In this document: piece by piece, positions 40,857 through 51,761 of the stretch
Layout of the letters: each line of letters starts with the position of its first letter
How positions within the stretch are numbered: position 1 is the stretch's first letter
Assembly: GCA_965219415.1 (NCBI GenBank)
Contig: CBDCNP010000002.1
Location: forward strand, 2,720,001 to 2,784,000
From: Candidatus Marinacidobacterales bacterium
GTDB lineage: Bacteria > Acidobacteriota > Vicinamibacteria > Marinacidobacterales > DATDRI01
Direction of reading: 5' to 3'
DNA: 64,000 bases
Notes under the pieces: model-generated
The model's input: only the letters and a program-made list of their open reading frames with translations
Databases searched by the model: none
What the model was told of the DNA's origin: nothing
Made by a program: the position numbers and the translations under genes

Positions 40857-41296
40857 TCCTTCGCGGTCTCCACTGCCTCGGTGGGCTCAGTAGGACCCTC
40901 GACCCACAACTCCCCGTCTTCGAAGACCTCTTTCTTCCAAACCGGCACGATGCGTTTGAACCGATTGATGGCGTATTGACAGGCTGCGAACGCGTCGTCC
41001 CGATGGGGTGCAGACACGACAATAAGTATGCTGGTCTCGCCGACATTGAGGCGTCCAACTCGATGCTCCATCGCGACGCTGGTCAGCCCCCAGGTCGCTC
41101 GGATCTCGTCGCCAATTCGCTTCATCATCTCGATGGCCATTTCGGGGTAGGCCTCGTACTCCAGAAAGAGCACCTTCTTGCCCCGGTTGTTTCCCCGGAC
41201 GATTCCAGCGAAAGTCACCACCGCTCCATCTTTGTCGCTCGCCACGGCATGCGTGAGCTTTTTGGCCTCTAGAATGTCTTGAACGATTTTGTACAT
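40853..41296 (-). CDS. moaE: Molybdopterin synthase catalytic subunit
   Basis: 'LEYEAY', 'HRVG', 'PVWKKE'. Confidence 0.93.
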   Translation of the reverse strand: MYKIVQDILEAKKLTHAVASDKDGAVVTFAGIVRGNNRGKKVLFLEYEAYPEMAIEMMKRIGDEIRATWGLTSVAMEHRVGRLNVGETSILIVVSAPHRDDAFAACQYAINRFKRIVPVWKKEVFEDGELWVEGPTEPTEAVETAKE

Positions 41297-41410
41297 CAAA
41301 GCCAGCTTTTTTAGAGGTTTACAGGGAACCATCTCCCGCCACCCTCTTGCAAAATGTCCCCGATGAGCTTCTCAAATACTAGCATAAGACGACCCTACTA
41401 CCCATGCCGT

Positions 41411-41436
41411 CCGGGGCCTCCGGAGGGAGGCCCCGG
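41411..41436. other. 11-bp GC-rich hairpin in a divergent intergenic region
   Basis: CCGGGGCCTCC-ggag-GGAGGCCCCGG; no U tract, role unknown. Confidence 0.5.
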
Positions 41437-41636
41437 CGAAGCGTTCCGCCTGCCCCTCCCGCACCCCCTGGGTCGTCCATAGCCTGTCGATATCAGCGGT
41501 TACTTGACGCCGAGCCTTACCATCGGCTATCCTTCATTAACTTCTAAGACGTCTCTCCAACCTACGTTAATGGAAGCTTTTAGGCGGCAGTTTCCAATCA
41601 TCGATTGAGCCAACGGAGCAATTGGGAAGAGCTCAG

Positions 41637-43601
41637 ATGAAGGGTCCTCGTCCCATCGACGACGGTAATAAGCCTCGGCGTGTCGCTAGGGTATCGTCTC
41701 CGCCAGGCTGGCTCCATCGAGTGTGTTTCGAAGAAGGAGTAGAAGCACTCCTACTGTTCGACCTCGAAACCCGGGCGGTGGTCGACGCCAACAGGACCGC
41801 CGAGCACCTCACCGGCTATCAGCGCGAGGAGCTCCTCGACATTCGGCTCGACGATCTCCACCCGCGTAGCTCTCGGGAAAAGGCGGTTCGCTATTTCCGA
41901 AAGATTGCCAAGCAAGGCAGTTACGCCTATGACGACCTCTCCTTGGAGACCAAGGATCAGGTCAGCATCCCGGTGGAGGTCAAAGGGGCGGTGATCGGCT
42001 ACGGCGGCGGTCGAATCATTCAGGCTATTTTCCGCGATATCAGCAAAGAAAGGCTTCTGCAGCAGGAGGTGCTTTTCCATAACCTCAAGCTGACGGTTCT
42101 CAATTCCCTGTCTTCCGCGATCAGCAATTCGCTCGAGCTCACAGAGACCCTCTCCGATTCTCTGGCTGCGGTGATGGAAGCGAGCGGCGGCCTTTACGGT
42201 GAAATGCTTCTCTGGCTCGAGGACCGTGAAGCTTTCAAGATTATGAGCTATCAGGGTTCGGAGGGCCTCACAGCTTTGCGGGTGAAATCCGCGACTTCCT
42301 CCGGAACGACGCTAGCGCCCGAGTCATGTCCCATCGCAACTCAGGCATTGGCCGGCCAGCCGGTCTTACTGGACGATTTGGACGGAGACCCACGGCTCGC
42401 CAAACTCCTCGCCGACTGCGACGGAATCGGTGCGGTGGCGGCGGTCCCGCTCCGCTCGAAGAACCGGGTACTGGGAGTCATGCATCTGGTCGTCAGCGCT
42501 CATCAGTTATTTCCTACGTTCGACTTCGATTTCTTCACCTCCATCGGAAACCAAATCGGCATGGCGGCGGAACACGCTCTTCTGTTTCAACGGTCTGCGG
42601 CGCAGACGAAACAGATCACCGTCCTGAACAACATCGCTCGGATCATAAGCAGCAGCCTGTAGATCGAAGAAGTGTTCGATTCGTTCGCGGCGGAGATGGC
42701 GAAGTTGATCTCGTTCGATCGGCTCTCGGTTGCCATCTTGGACGAATCGGGGAGCTACCTTCGTATCTTCGCTTCCGGCTCGCGAGTCGACTCGGGTTGG
42801 GGAATGGAGTCGATCATCCCGGTCGTGGGTACCGGCCCCGGCTGGGTCGTGCTGAACGAACGGCATTTCATTCATACCGATACTCGCAAACGACAGCAGT
42901 TCATCGAGGACGAGATCTTCTACGAGGATGGAATCCGCTCGTACATCATTCTTCCGTTGTAGTCGCGCGGAAAAGTCGTGGGGACCTTCGGACTCGGTTG
43001 CCGTCGAGCCGAAACCTATTCGAAACGGGACCTAACACTACTCAGCCAGCTATCGAAGCAGATCTCGGTTGCCGTCGAGAACGTAAAGCTCTACCAGCAG
43101 ACCAAAGAGAACTCCATCCTCGATGATGTCAGCTCACTCTTCAACTTCCGCTACTTTCACCAGGCCCTGGATCGCGAGCTCAAGCTCGTGGCGCGCCATC
43201 GTTCCCGCCTTTCCCTGATTTTCATCGACCTAGACCGATTCAAGCTTATAAACGACACGCACGGGCACCTCCGGGGAAGTCGAGTCCTTCGCGCGGTAGG
43301 GTTCTTACTGCGTGCTGCGGTGAGGGAGACGGACATCGCCGCCCGCTACGGTGGAGACGAGTTCGTGGTCATCCTCCCCGACACCGACCTCGCTCTCGCC
43401 AAGCGCCTGGGCGAGCGAATCCGCAAGATCATTTGCCACCACATTTTCCTGAGAGACGAGGGTCTGAACGAAAGACTAGGGGCGAGTATCGGAGTTGCCA
43501 CCTACCCCAGTGAGGCACATACCAAAGAGGAGCTCATCCAGCTCGCGGACGAGCGGATGTACCGGGACAAGAGGAAGAATCGCGACCTTGGACGTCGGTA
43601 G
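41637..43601 (+). pseudogene. PAS-GAF-GAF-GGDEF diguanylate cyclase interrupted by two in-frame TAG codons
   Basis: Three ORFs in a single frame, separated by TAG at 42660-42662 and 42960-42962; intact RETD..GGDEF. Confidence 0.8.
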
Positions 43602-43640
43602 TCCTTACCTGCCAGGCCCACCGTTAGGCCCTTACCAAGG

Positions 43641-44942
43641 CTAGACGGGCCCGTCACCCTCAGTGAAAAAGTTCAAGATGACTACCGCTTCTGGAACCTC
43701 GCCCGCGTCGGGATCGGGCACCAAGGGTCGGCCTTCGTTATCGGTAATCCCCTTGTAGAGAATCACCCGGATCTCTTTCCCTGGCTCGAGCCCTTTGCCG
43801 GGGATTACTGCTAGGCTACGGGAAGGCGGGTCGTACGAGAGTTGCATATCAGGGAAAGAGTGGTCGTCGGGCCCGTCGCCGGAGTAAATCAGATCCACAT
43901 TACGGTCGAAGCTCGCGATATCCATATCTTTTGAGAACTGGATTCGGAACTCGCTATCGAGCGGCACCGATTTATCACCGGCGAGAGGCATCGAGAAAAT
44001 GACCTCCGGAGGCGGCTCTTGTGCCTCGAGCTCGGCGATCTCATCCGCGACCTTACGTGGCTCCAAGTCCGGATCTTCGGGCTTGGGCACCATTTCGATC
44101 TTCCTCGCCTTGAGATACACGACCCCTTCATCGGTCCAAGGTGTACCGGTTACCTTGAGCCATTTGCCAGTGTCTCGACGTCGCTCGGGGTTCAACTCGA
44201 AACCCTTCCCGCGCGGGCGCTTCCCGGTGACCCAAATCGCAACGTCGACGACTTTGATGATGAAATCTCGCGGCGTCTTCTTGGTACGCATTGGCAGGTC
44301 GTTGTACACGTTGTCGCCCCGGAATTTGCCAACCACGGAGATCAGTTTATCGTAGTGAGGATCCGGATGGCTCATGAGCTCGCGGAGATCCACGTGGTCC
44401 GAGGGTGGAAGATCGGGAATGACGACTTCCTTCCTCTTTTCCGCTTCGGCCCCCTTCGGCTCGGGCGGTTTCTCCACCCGAGTAACTTCTTCGACTCCGA
44501 TGAAGAGATTGGCCTGACTCATACCCGCGCCCATCATGTCATTCTGTTGCTGCACCCGAGCTCCGGGGTAATCGCGCAACTCACGCTCAAGAATCGTCGG
44601 CGACGAGAGATCCCAGAAGATGCCGACGATTTCGACTTCCTCCCCCACCATGAATTGAAGGTCGCGCATGGAACCTACGGGCTGGCCTATGCGAACGGTT
44701 CGGAGCGCGTTATCGCCGCGAAGCTCATAAATCTGATTCTGGGTATCCGTCATATTGCCCTGCCGGATCTTCCCCTTCACCATCACGAGCTTCTCGTGGT
44801 AGAAGGCCGGACTCCGAACCAGCGTTTCGACGTCGACTCGCGAGGGAGTGCCCAGCGCCTGCCTCTGTATGCTCAGGGCGGCAAGGGGGTTGGTCAAAGC
44901 CAGCATGACGAGGATCCGAAGTGCGAGTGCCATATCTTTCAT
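43641..44942 (-). CDS. Secreted protein with two OB-fold-like repeats and a C-terminal Ig-like (Big_5-like) domain
   Basis: Signal peptide; internal repeats 'VDVETLVRSPAFYHEKLVMVKGKIR' and 'VDLRELMSHPDPHYDKLISVVGKFR'; 'IQFSKDMD..ITDNEG'. Confidence 0.6.
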   Translation of the reverse strand: MKDMALALRILVMLALTNPLAALSIQRQALGTPSRVDVETLVRSPAFYHEKLVMVKGKIRQGNMTDTQNQIYELRGDNALRTVRIGQPVGSMRDLQFMVGEEVEIVGIFWDLSSPTILERELRDYPGARVQQQNDMMGAGMSQANLFIGVEEVTRVEKPPEPKGAEAEKRKEVVIPDLPPSDHVDLRELMSHPDPHYDKLISVVGKFRGDNVYNDLPMRTKKTPRDFIIKVVDVAIWVTGKRPRGKGFELNPERRRDTGKWLKVTGTPWTDEGVVYLKARKIEMVPKPEDPDLEPRKVADEIAELEAQEPPPEVIFSMPLAGDKSVPLDSEFRIQFSKDMDIASFDRNVDLIYSGDGPDDHSFPDMQLSYDPPSRSLAVIPGKGLEPGKEIRVILYKGITDNEGRPLVPDPDAGEVPEAVVILNFFTEGDGPV

Positions 44943-45035
44943 GGTAACCAGAACGAACCGGTCGGTCAAAAACCTTCATAGACCCCACCGCGGTCTTGAC
45001 AGCGCGAAAGCAGTCCCTTTAGCATGCGGCGGCCG

Positions 45036-46297
45036 ATGAGTATCGTCAACTCAGGCTATGTAGAGCGGGCGGAGAAGCTACGCGAATTCATCGTGGAGCT
45101 AACGCTTAGCCTCTGCCGCGAACGCACTGTCAATTACTCTCCGAACGATTTTCCCGGCGATGGCCCGGATGGCATGCCGGTCCCCGGGATGGAGAGCCGG
45201 ATCACCGCGATTCTCGGCAGCCACCTGGAGACATGGGGGATCGGCCACGAGATTCATGCGAAGACTCGCGGACGCGACAACCTCTTGGCTAGCGTGGGTC
45301 GAGGAGACCCCTCCTCTCGAACGCTCTTCCTTCCCCTCCACACCGACACCCTACCGGCCGGCGACCTCAACGCTTGGAGCTTCGACCCCTACTCCCCCTT
45401 CGAGCATGACGGAAGACTCTATGGGCGGGGGGTCTTGGACAATAAGGGCCCTCTCGCCTCCGCCTTTGCCGCGATTAAGCTGTTAAAGGAGAATGAGGCG
45501 GAGATACCGGGGAAAATCGTCTTCGGCGCCGTCGCCGATGAGGAAGTTGGTGCCGGCAACGGGATCGAGTTCTTGCTTGAAAAGGGGCTCATCGATGCCA
45601 CCGACGCCATCGTTCCCGACGTCGCCGGGGAGATGCGGGAGATCAACGTCGCAGAAAAGGGCGTCTGGTGCTCAAGGGGCATTTCAAGGGGAAGTCGGCT
45701 CATGCGATGCACCCGTCCAAGGGCGTGAACGCGATCTATGCCGCGGCCCGTTTCCTGAGGTTGGTGGAGGCGCATCGCTTCCGATTCGACCCTCACCCCG
45801 TCTTCGATCCTCCGACCTTGACCACCGGGCTCATCCGGGGTGGTTCGGCACCGAACCACGTGGCCGCCGCGTGCGAGGTCACCCGGGATGTGCGTTACCT
45901 GCCGTCCCAATCGATCCAAGGGATCCTCGCCGAGCTCGAGGAGCTGGCTCGTCAGGTGAAGCTCCCCGGTGCTCGAATCTCTTTCCAAACCGTCCTCGAG
46001 TGGCTTCCCTCCGAGGTCTCGGAAGACGCGCCCATCGTCGGTCTCATTCGCGAAGTCGCACCGGAGGCACGCGTCGTCGGAATCGGTGGCGGCACGCTCG
46101 CTAAACCTCTGGTGCACGCCGGCATCGATGCGGTCGGATGGGGACCGGGGAACCAGACCAGCTATCACGGAGCCGACGAGGAGATCGAGGTGCCACAGCT
46201 AGTGAGCTTCACGGGACGAATTGCCGCGCTTGGGAGCGCCGTCGCGAATTGTAAGCGGCCCGTCAGGGCCGCCGGACGGGAGGAATCGCGCCGATAG
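45036..46297 (+). CDS. M20 family peptidase (ArgE/DapE-like); frameshift near 45661
   Basis: 'HTDT', 'YGRGVLDNKG', 'DEEVG', 'HGADE'. Confidence 0.87.
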
Positions 46298-46456
46298 GCG
46301 CGAGGGAATTATCCCGGAAAGGAGTAGCTTCGAAGTGATTCCGGGACATCTGACTCCTTCGAAGCAGCCCGAATGCGGACGATTCGGCCGTGGCGTGGGC
46401 CCGAGCACAGCCTTGAGCTCATGCGCAGTCGCGAAGTCGACGCAGCATGAGACGTT

Positions 46457-46480
46457 GGGGGTGGGGCCCCACCCGCACTA
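46457..46480 (+). repeat. Short GGGGTGGGGCCCC-type repeat, copy 1
   Basis: The same motif recurs at 52050-52068 and 52171-52195. Confidence 0.6.
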
Positions 46481-46499
46481 GTCTAAGCTAGAATGAACC

Positions 46500-47159
46500 A
46501 TGCCTCCCCAGCCTCAAATCCATCGCCCGTTCTCTATGTTGAAGAAGCTACTCGAGCAGGGCAAGGTCCGCCTGGCGCCCGATAGCGACAAACCCTTATC
46601 ACCGCCGCGCAACGTGGACGGCGCCTTATCCGAAGAGGAGGCTTTCCATCAAGCGATGGACGAAGTGCGTCCGCTGGGTTGGAGCGAAGCACCGTTGCGA
46701 CTTCCGCAATCCATCGAGCTCAACGGTGGCGACGAGAGTGAAGCGCAAGCACTCACACAGCTCGAGGCGTTCGTCGACGGAAAGGGTGAGTTCGACCCGT
46801 TCGCGACGGGGGAGGGAGTGGAGGGCGCCGCAACGAAACGAGGACGGAGCTACCTAGGGCGGCTCAAGCAGGGTGAGTTCTCGGTCCAAGCCCACCTCGA
46901 CCTTCACGGCTTGAATTCGGAGGATGCCAAGGAGGCGCTCGAGAGTTTCATCCGCCGCTCCATCGAAAACGGCCACTCCTGCGTCCGCATCATCCACGGA
47001 CGTGGGAAGCATTCCCCGAACGAGCCGGCCGTTCTCAAGGTCCACGTGACACGATGGCTCTCTTCCCGAAGAATCGGTCGCCGGGTCGTGGCATTCGCCT
47101 CGGCCCGCTGGACCGACGGCGGAAGCGGCGCGCTCTACGTGCTCTTAACCCGAGCCTGA
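46500..47159 (+). CDS. Smr-domain protein (SmrA-like)
   Basis: 'LDLHGL', 'IIHGRGKHS', 'GGSGALYVLL'. Confidence 0.88.
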   Translation: MPPQPQIHRPFSMLKKLLEQGKVRLAPDSDKPLSPPRNVDGALSEEEAFHQAMDEVRPLGWSEAPLRLPQSIELNGGDESEAQALTQLEAFVDGKGEFDPFATGEGVEGAATKRGRSYLGRLKQGEFSVQAHLDLHGLNSEDAKEALESFIRRSIENGHSCVRIIHGRGKHSPNEPAVLKVHVTRWLSSRRIGRRVVAFASARWTDGGSGALYVLLTRA

Positions 47160-49129
47160 TCCAGCGGAATCTTCACCAGTAACCAACCGAGGATCACGAA
47201 TACCAGCAACCCCGGCCAACCTCGCGGGTCGGCTAAGAGCTGGGGCGGACTGAGCTCGACAATCACCAGAAGGGCGAGTAACACCCCCATCAAGGCCTCC
47301 CCAGCGATCAGACCCGAGGCAATCAACGTGCCGGTATTTTCACCTCGGTATCGAGCCTCTTCACTCAGGCCCTCGATCCGGCTCGCTCTGCGCTCGAAGA
47401 TCCACCGCATGACCCCACCGACGAAGATGGCGAAGGTCGTTTGGAGTGGAAGGTACATACCCACTGCGATCAGCATCGGTGACGGAGCGTTGACGAGCAG
47501 AAGCATGAAGGCGAACGCCATGCCGAACACGATGAGCGGCCACGCCATGTCGCCGCCCACGATTCCCGTAGAGAGCAGCGCCATGAGACCGGCCTGCGGA
47601 GCCGGCAGCTCGGCGCCACCGATTCCCTGACCTCCGCTCATAATGTCCGCCTTGTGAAGAATCATCATGGGAAACGTCATGAGAAGAGCGGCGGCCACGA
47701 CGCCGATGAGCTCGGCCTTCTCCATGGCTTTCGGTGTTCCGCCGAGGAGATGGCCCACTTTGAGATCCTGTAGCATGTCCCCGGCGATGGCGCAGGCACA
47801 GCAGACGACCGCCGCCACTCCCAGTACCGCAGCCACTCCCTTGGCTCCGCTGAGCCCTATCGTTGTCATAAGGAGTGCCGCTAGGAGCAGCGTCGACAGC
47901 GTGAGGCCGGAAATCGGATTGGAGGAGCTTCCGATGACACCGACCAAGTATCCTGCCACCGCAGAAAAGAAAAACCCGGCGATGATCATGACGATGGCCG
48001 AGCCGAAGGCACCCAACCACTGTCCGCTGTAATAATGATAAAGGCCAGTAACTGGAATCACCGCCGCCACGACGCCGGCGGCGGTCCAGTTGAAGGGAAG
48101 GTCGAGATCAATTCGACTGGTTTCTACGGCCTGCCCCGCTCGTGCCGCCTTCAAGTCGGACACCGATTTCCCAATGCCTTCAATCAACGACTTCCGCATT
48201 CGAAATAGGGTCCAGAAGGCACCCACGATCATCGCGCCGACCGCGATGGGACGCACCAGGCTTGTCCAGACTTGGTTGTAGATGGCATTCCAGTCCGAAC
48301 CCGCCTGCGCGACGAGAGCACCGTCGGCGAACTGGGGATTGAAGAACAAGATCGCGGGGATCATGAACCACCAGGCGAACACTCCACCCGCAAACGTGAT
48401 CGAACCGAGGCGGGGTCCAATGATGTAGCCGACACCCAAGTAAGCCGGCGAGGCGGCGGGGGTAGAAAGAAGCATCGACCCCGGCTGCGCCGCCGACCCA
48501 AAGGTCGCGCCCCCTACGGCAACTGAGCTTTTGAAAGTCCCGTATTGCAAGAAACCGGTAATCCGCTCGTGAAAAAACTGCAGACCGTTGCCGTTCTTGA
48601 ACAGCTCGATGAGTCCCCCGAGACCCATGGAATAGAAGAGGTACCTGGCGCCGGTCTGGCCCCTTTGCCCAGCCTTGTGGATCTCGGCGGCGGCAACCGA
48701 TTCGGGAAAGGGCAAGGTCGGATCGTTTACCAGGCTGCGCCGAAGCAACACGACGAACATCACACCGAGGAGCCCACCGACCAGCATCAGCAGTGTGCTC
48801 TGCAGGTAGTCGAACTCGGTCCAAAGACCGGCGAGGATGAAAGCGGGGATGGTGAAGATGGCACCCGCGACGAGCGCCTCCCCGACCGATGCGGTGGTAC
48901 GCGAGATATTCTCTTCGAGAATTCCTCCCTTGAAGAACCGGAAGAACGCCATCGCCACGACCGCCGCCGGGAATGTGGCGGCCACTGTTTGGCCCGCTCT
49001 CATGCCGAGATACGCGTTGGCAGCTCCCAAGGCGACGGCCATAAAAACGCCGAGCACGACGGCTCGAATGGTCAGCTCGGGCGGCGTCTGATCTGGAGGA
49101 ATGAAAGGCTTGAATTCCTTACCGCTCAT
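47135..49129 (-). CDS. OPT-family oligopeptide transporter
   Basis: 'ANAYLG', 'LPFPES', 'SSNPISG', 'QDLKVG', 'APQA'. Confidence 0.92.
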   Translation of the reverse strand: MSGKEFKPFIPPDQTPPELTIRAVVLGVFMAVALGAANAYLGMRAGQTVAATFPAAVVAMAFFRFFKGGILEENISRTTASVGEALVAGAIFTIPAFILAGLWTEFDYLQSTLLMLVGGLLGVMFVVLLRRSLVNDPTLPFPESVAAAEIHKAGQRGQTGARYLFYSMGLGGLIELFKNGNGLQFFHERITGFLQYGTFKSSVAVGGATFGSAAQPGSMLLSTPAASPAYLGVGYIIGPRLGSITFAGGVFAWWFMIPAILFFNPQFADGALVAQAGSDWNAIYNQVWTSLVRPIAVGAMIVGAFWTLFRMRKSLIEGIGKSVSDLKAARAGQAVETSRIDLDLPFNWTAAGVVAAVIPVTGLYHYYSGQWLGAFGSAIVMIIAGFFFSAVAGYLVGVIGSSSNPISGLTLSTLLLAALLMTTIGLSGAKGVAAVLGVAAVVCCACAIAGDMLQDLKVGHLLGGTPKAMEKAELIGVVAAALLMTFPMMILHKADIMSGGQGIGGAELPAPQAGLMALLSTGIVGGDMAWPLIVFGMAFAFMLLLVNAPSPMLIAVGMYLPLQTTFAIFVGGVMRWIFERRASRIEGLSEEARYRGENTGTLIASGLIAGEALMGVLLALLVIVELSPPQLLADPRGWPGLLVFVILGWLLVKIPLDQARVKST

Positions 49130-49220
49130 TCTCGACTCCCGTTGATTAAAGCCGTCCTTTCTTATCCCGTAGGTCCGTTCCCTGTCAAGCAATGTCAAGC
49201 AAACAAGATACAATCGAGCC

Positions 49221-49697
49221 GTGAACCGCCGGAATTTCATCGCCCTCGGAAGCGCGGCCGCGCTCCTCGTCGCCTTCTTCGCCTGGGAGTGGTATCTCTC
49301 CTCCGCAGCCCAGGTGGAGCGTTCCCTTCGCCGGGCCGCAGAGGCTGCTGAGGAACGGGATACCGCGGGGCTTCTCTTCTGCCTGTCCCGCGACTACTCC
49401 GACTTCCGCAACCTTGATTTTGATTCACTCTCCGAGATGCTCGATCGCGGATTCGAGCGCATCGACCGACTCAACGTGACGCTGGAGGCGGTGCGCGCAG
49501 AAGTGGAAGGGGCCGAAGCTACTGCGTCGTTCGACCTAACGGTCGTTGCCGTCCGGGGGGACCAACGGTTCATCGTGGTCGGGACGGTGACCGAGCCTCG
49601 GAAGCTTCGCGTCGACCTCCGGAGGGAAGAGGGCGAGTGGAAGATCCTCCGTGTAGCCCGTTCGGAAGAACCAGTTGAACAGGATGTACAGGATTAG
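49221..49697 (+). CDS. NTF2/SnoaL-like exported protein with a Tat-like RRNF start
   Basis: GTG start, 'NRRNFIAL', TM segment, 'LRREEGEWKI'. Confidence 0.62.
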   Translation: MNRRNFIALGSAAALLVAFFAWEWYLSSAAQVERSLRRAAEAAEERDTAGLLFCLSRDYSDFRNLDFDSLSEMLDRGFERIDRLNVTLEAVRAEVEGAEATASFDLTVVAVRGDQRFIVVGTVTEPRKLRVDLRREEGEWKILRVARSEEPVEQDVQD

Positions 49698-49715
49698 CGA
49701 GATGTTGACTGCTGC

Positions 49716-50566
49716 CTATGATCCGGATCCGGACCAGTTTCCATCACAGTCATCCGGGCAGGTCCAAGTTCCACTCCCCGACAGGGAATTGCCCGAGCGC
49801 GTAATCGTTCCCGACCATTGGCATTCCCCGGCGCTTCCTGCCGCGGCGGAAAAAGAGCCGTTGTTGCGAACTCTTCCGGAAATCGAACCGGATTCCTCTC
49901 CGGAATAAGAACCGCTAGCACTTCCATCGGCGGAGACCGAAACCGAGAAACGCCCGCTCACGTTCTCGTCATCGCATTGGCCGCTCCAATTTCCGGAAAG
50001 TGAGCCCTGCAACGGGGATTCACCACTGTCACCGTTTCCGCCGTCGCCATTGTTTCCGCCGTCGCCATTGTTTCCGCCGTCGCCATTGTTTCCGCCGTCG
50101 CCATTGTTTCCGCCGTCGCCATTGTTCCCGTCGTCGCCATTGTTTCCGTCGTCCCCATTGTTGCCGTCGCCGTCCCCATCGTCGGTGCCGACCTCGTCGG
50201 TATTGTCGACCACGATCTCGCCATCGCGGTGCTCTCTAACCAGCACCACGCCCTCGTCATGCAGCTCGAGCAGAAGCTCGATGCTCTGACCGGCTTGAAC
50301 GTTGTCGAATGTCAACCTGCCGAGCCTCTTGCCGGTGCCGTCGCGGAACACGAGCGTGAACGAACCCGTGGGCAGCCCGCTAAGGACGAACGTCCCGTTC
50401 GAGACCGCTACAGATCGCCCCGTGCCCACGACCTCGACCGTGATGTCGTTCACGTCTGTTTGGGAGAACGTGGTGAGACCGGATGGCGACCCGCTGGCCG
50501 AGGAGAACGTGCCGGACAGCACGACTGCTTCTGCGGTTTCCTGATCGCTCGACCCGGACGAGCAAG
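49716..50566 (-). pseudogene. C-terminal part of a secreted Ser/Gly-rich protein, separated from its signal peptide by the IS110 remnant
   Basis: Long frame with no plausible start; Ig-like N-part, GDGGNN linker, Cys-containing beta domain. Confidence 0.62.
50035..50160. repeat. 18-bp coding tandem repeat encoding (NGDGGN)n
   Basis: Five perfect TTTCCGCCGTCGCCATTG units plus two degenerate units. Confidence 0.95.
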
Positions 50567-51594
50567 GCCACCGGCTGAGGCCGGCCCTATCAGGCGAGAA
50601 ACTACCTGAGCTGATAAAAGGGTTGTCGGTGAAGGCCCCGGCAGCTAAACCCCGTAGCACCACTGGTGCACTAATGCCCCAGGACGAGCTTGGGTCCGAG
50701 CCGGCTCCCTATCATTGGCGAGGCTTTGAACGGAAGCACTCCCCAGGGTCAGAATCCTAACAATCGCCATCTCGGGCCGGAGCCTTCACTCACAAAAATA
50801 CATGTGAGGTCAGTGATGCACAAGCGCGTGAAAAAGAGTGGTAGGAAGTCGAAGAATCTGTCGCCGCAATCGCTGCCGGTGACAAGGTCGAAGGTAGCAG
50901 GCATCGATATTGGCAGTCGTGAGCATTGGGTATGTGGGCCGGCCTTGTCGGACGGTAAAGTGAACGTGCGGGTGTTTTCCCCAACGACACCGTCTTTGAA
51001 TCAAATGGGGGATTGGCTCATCGAGCAAGGAGTCGAATCGGTTGCGATGGAAAGCACCTACGTCTATTGGATTCCGATTTATGAGTTGCTTGAATCGCGG
51101 GGTCTTGAAGTGGTGCTGGTAAATGCTCGACAGTTAAAAAACGTCCCCGGGCGTAAAACCGATATGCATGACTGTCAGTGGCTGCAGCTGTTACACAGCT
51201 GTGGTCTGTTGCGAGGCTCGTTTCGTCCTGGTGAGTCGATCTGCCGCCTACGCTCGCTTCACCGACAGCGTTGCAGCCTCATCGAGCAGTGTAGTCGAGC
51301 TATTCAATGGATACAGAAATCTCTGGACCAAATGAACGTTCAGGTCCATCGTGCAGTGACCGACATTACCGGCGTCACAGGCATGCTCATCGTGCGCGCC
51401 ATCGTTGATGGTGAGCGTGACCCGTCAAAGCTGGCTGCATTTCGTGACCAACGCTGCAAGAAGAGCGAAGAGGAGATCGCCGAGCATCTTACCGGCACTT
51501 GGCGTGACGAGCATCTTTTCAACCTCGCATCGGCTCTGCGTCTCTACGATGCGCTACAAGCCGAAGTCGAACTGTTCGACCAGCGTATCCTTGC
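50567..51594 (+). mobile_element. Truncated IS110-family element (non-coding left end plus N-terminal part of the recombinase)
   Basis: About 250 bp of non-coding DNA, then a DEDD recombinase ORF. Boundaries are approximate. Confidence 0.75.
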
Positions 51595-51670
51595 GTTGTG
51601 GCGGCTGGAGTTCGATGAGCACTTCAACACTAATGCGACCAGTACCGTCCCCAGCAGAGCACTTACCTGA
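50816..51670 (+). pseudogene. IS110 recombinase lacking its C-terminal domain
   Basis: DEDD residues in 'GIDIGS', 'AMEST', 'KTDMHD'. Similarity ends near 51594 and the last ~25 codons read into flanking DNA. Confidence 0.85.
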
Positions 51671-51696
51671 CCTGTTCTGATCTTTGATTCTCTCAT
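51595..51696 (-). pseudogene. Orphan signal-peptide fragment (MRESKIRTGQVSALLGTVLVALVLKCSSNSS)
   Basis: GGAG Shine-Dalgarno, ATG at 51696, basic then hydrophobic segment then Cys; runs into the IS. Confidence 0.6.
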
Positions 51697-51761
51697 CGCA
51701 AACTCCCACTTGAAAGGGTTCGACCAAGGTACGGAGGTGTCTTCTCTAACGATGCAGCACT

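Noticed and set aside
41300-41620. Moco or c-di-GMP riboswitch between moaE and the GGDEF gene
   Set aside because: No recognisable consensus, only one GC-rich hairpin.
49183-49202. TGTCAAGCAA direct repeat upstream of the OPT gene (also AGCCAGCCTAA twice at 22503)
   Set aside because: Two short copies only; the first may simply be -35 elements. Not enough support for an operator call.
50035-50160. CRISPR-like periodicity
   Set aside because: Contiguous 18-bp coding tandem repeat with no spacers.
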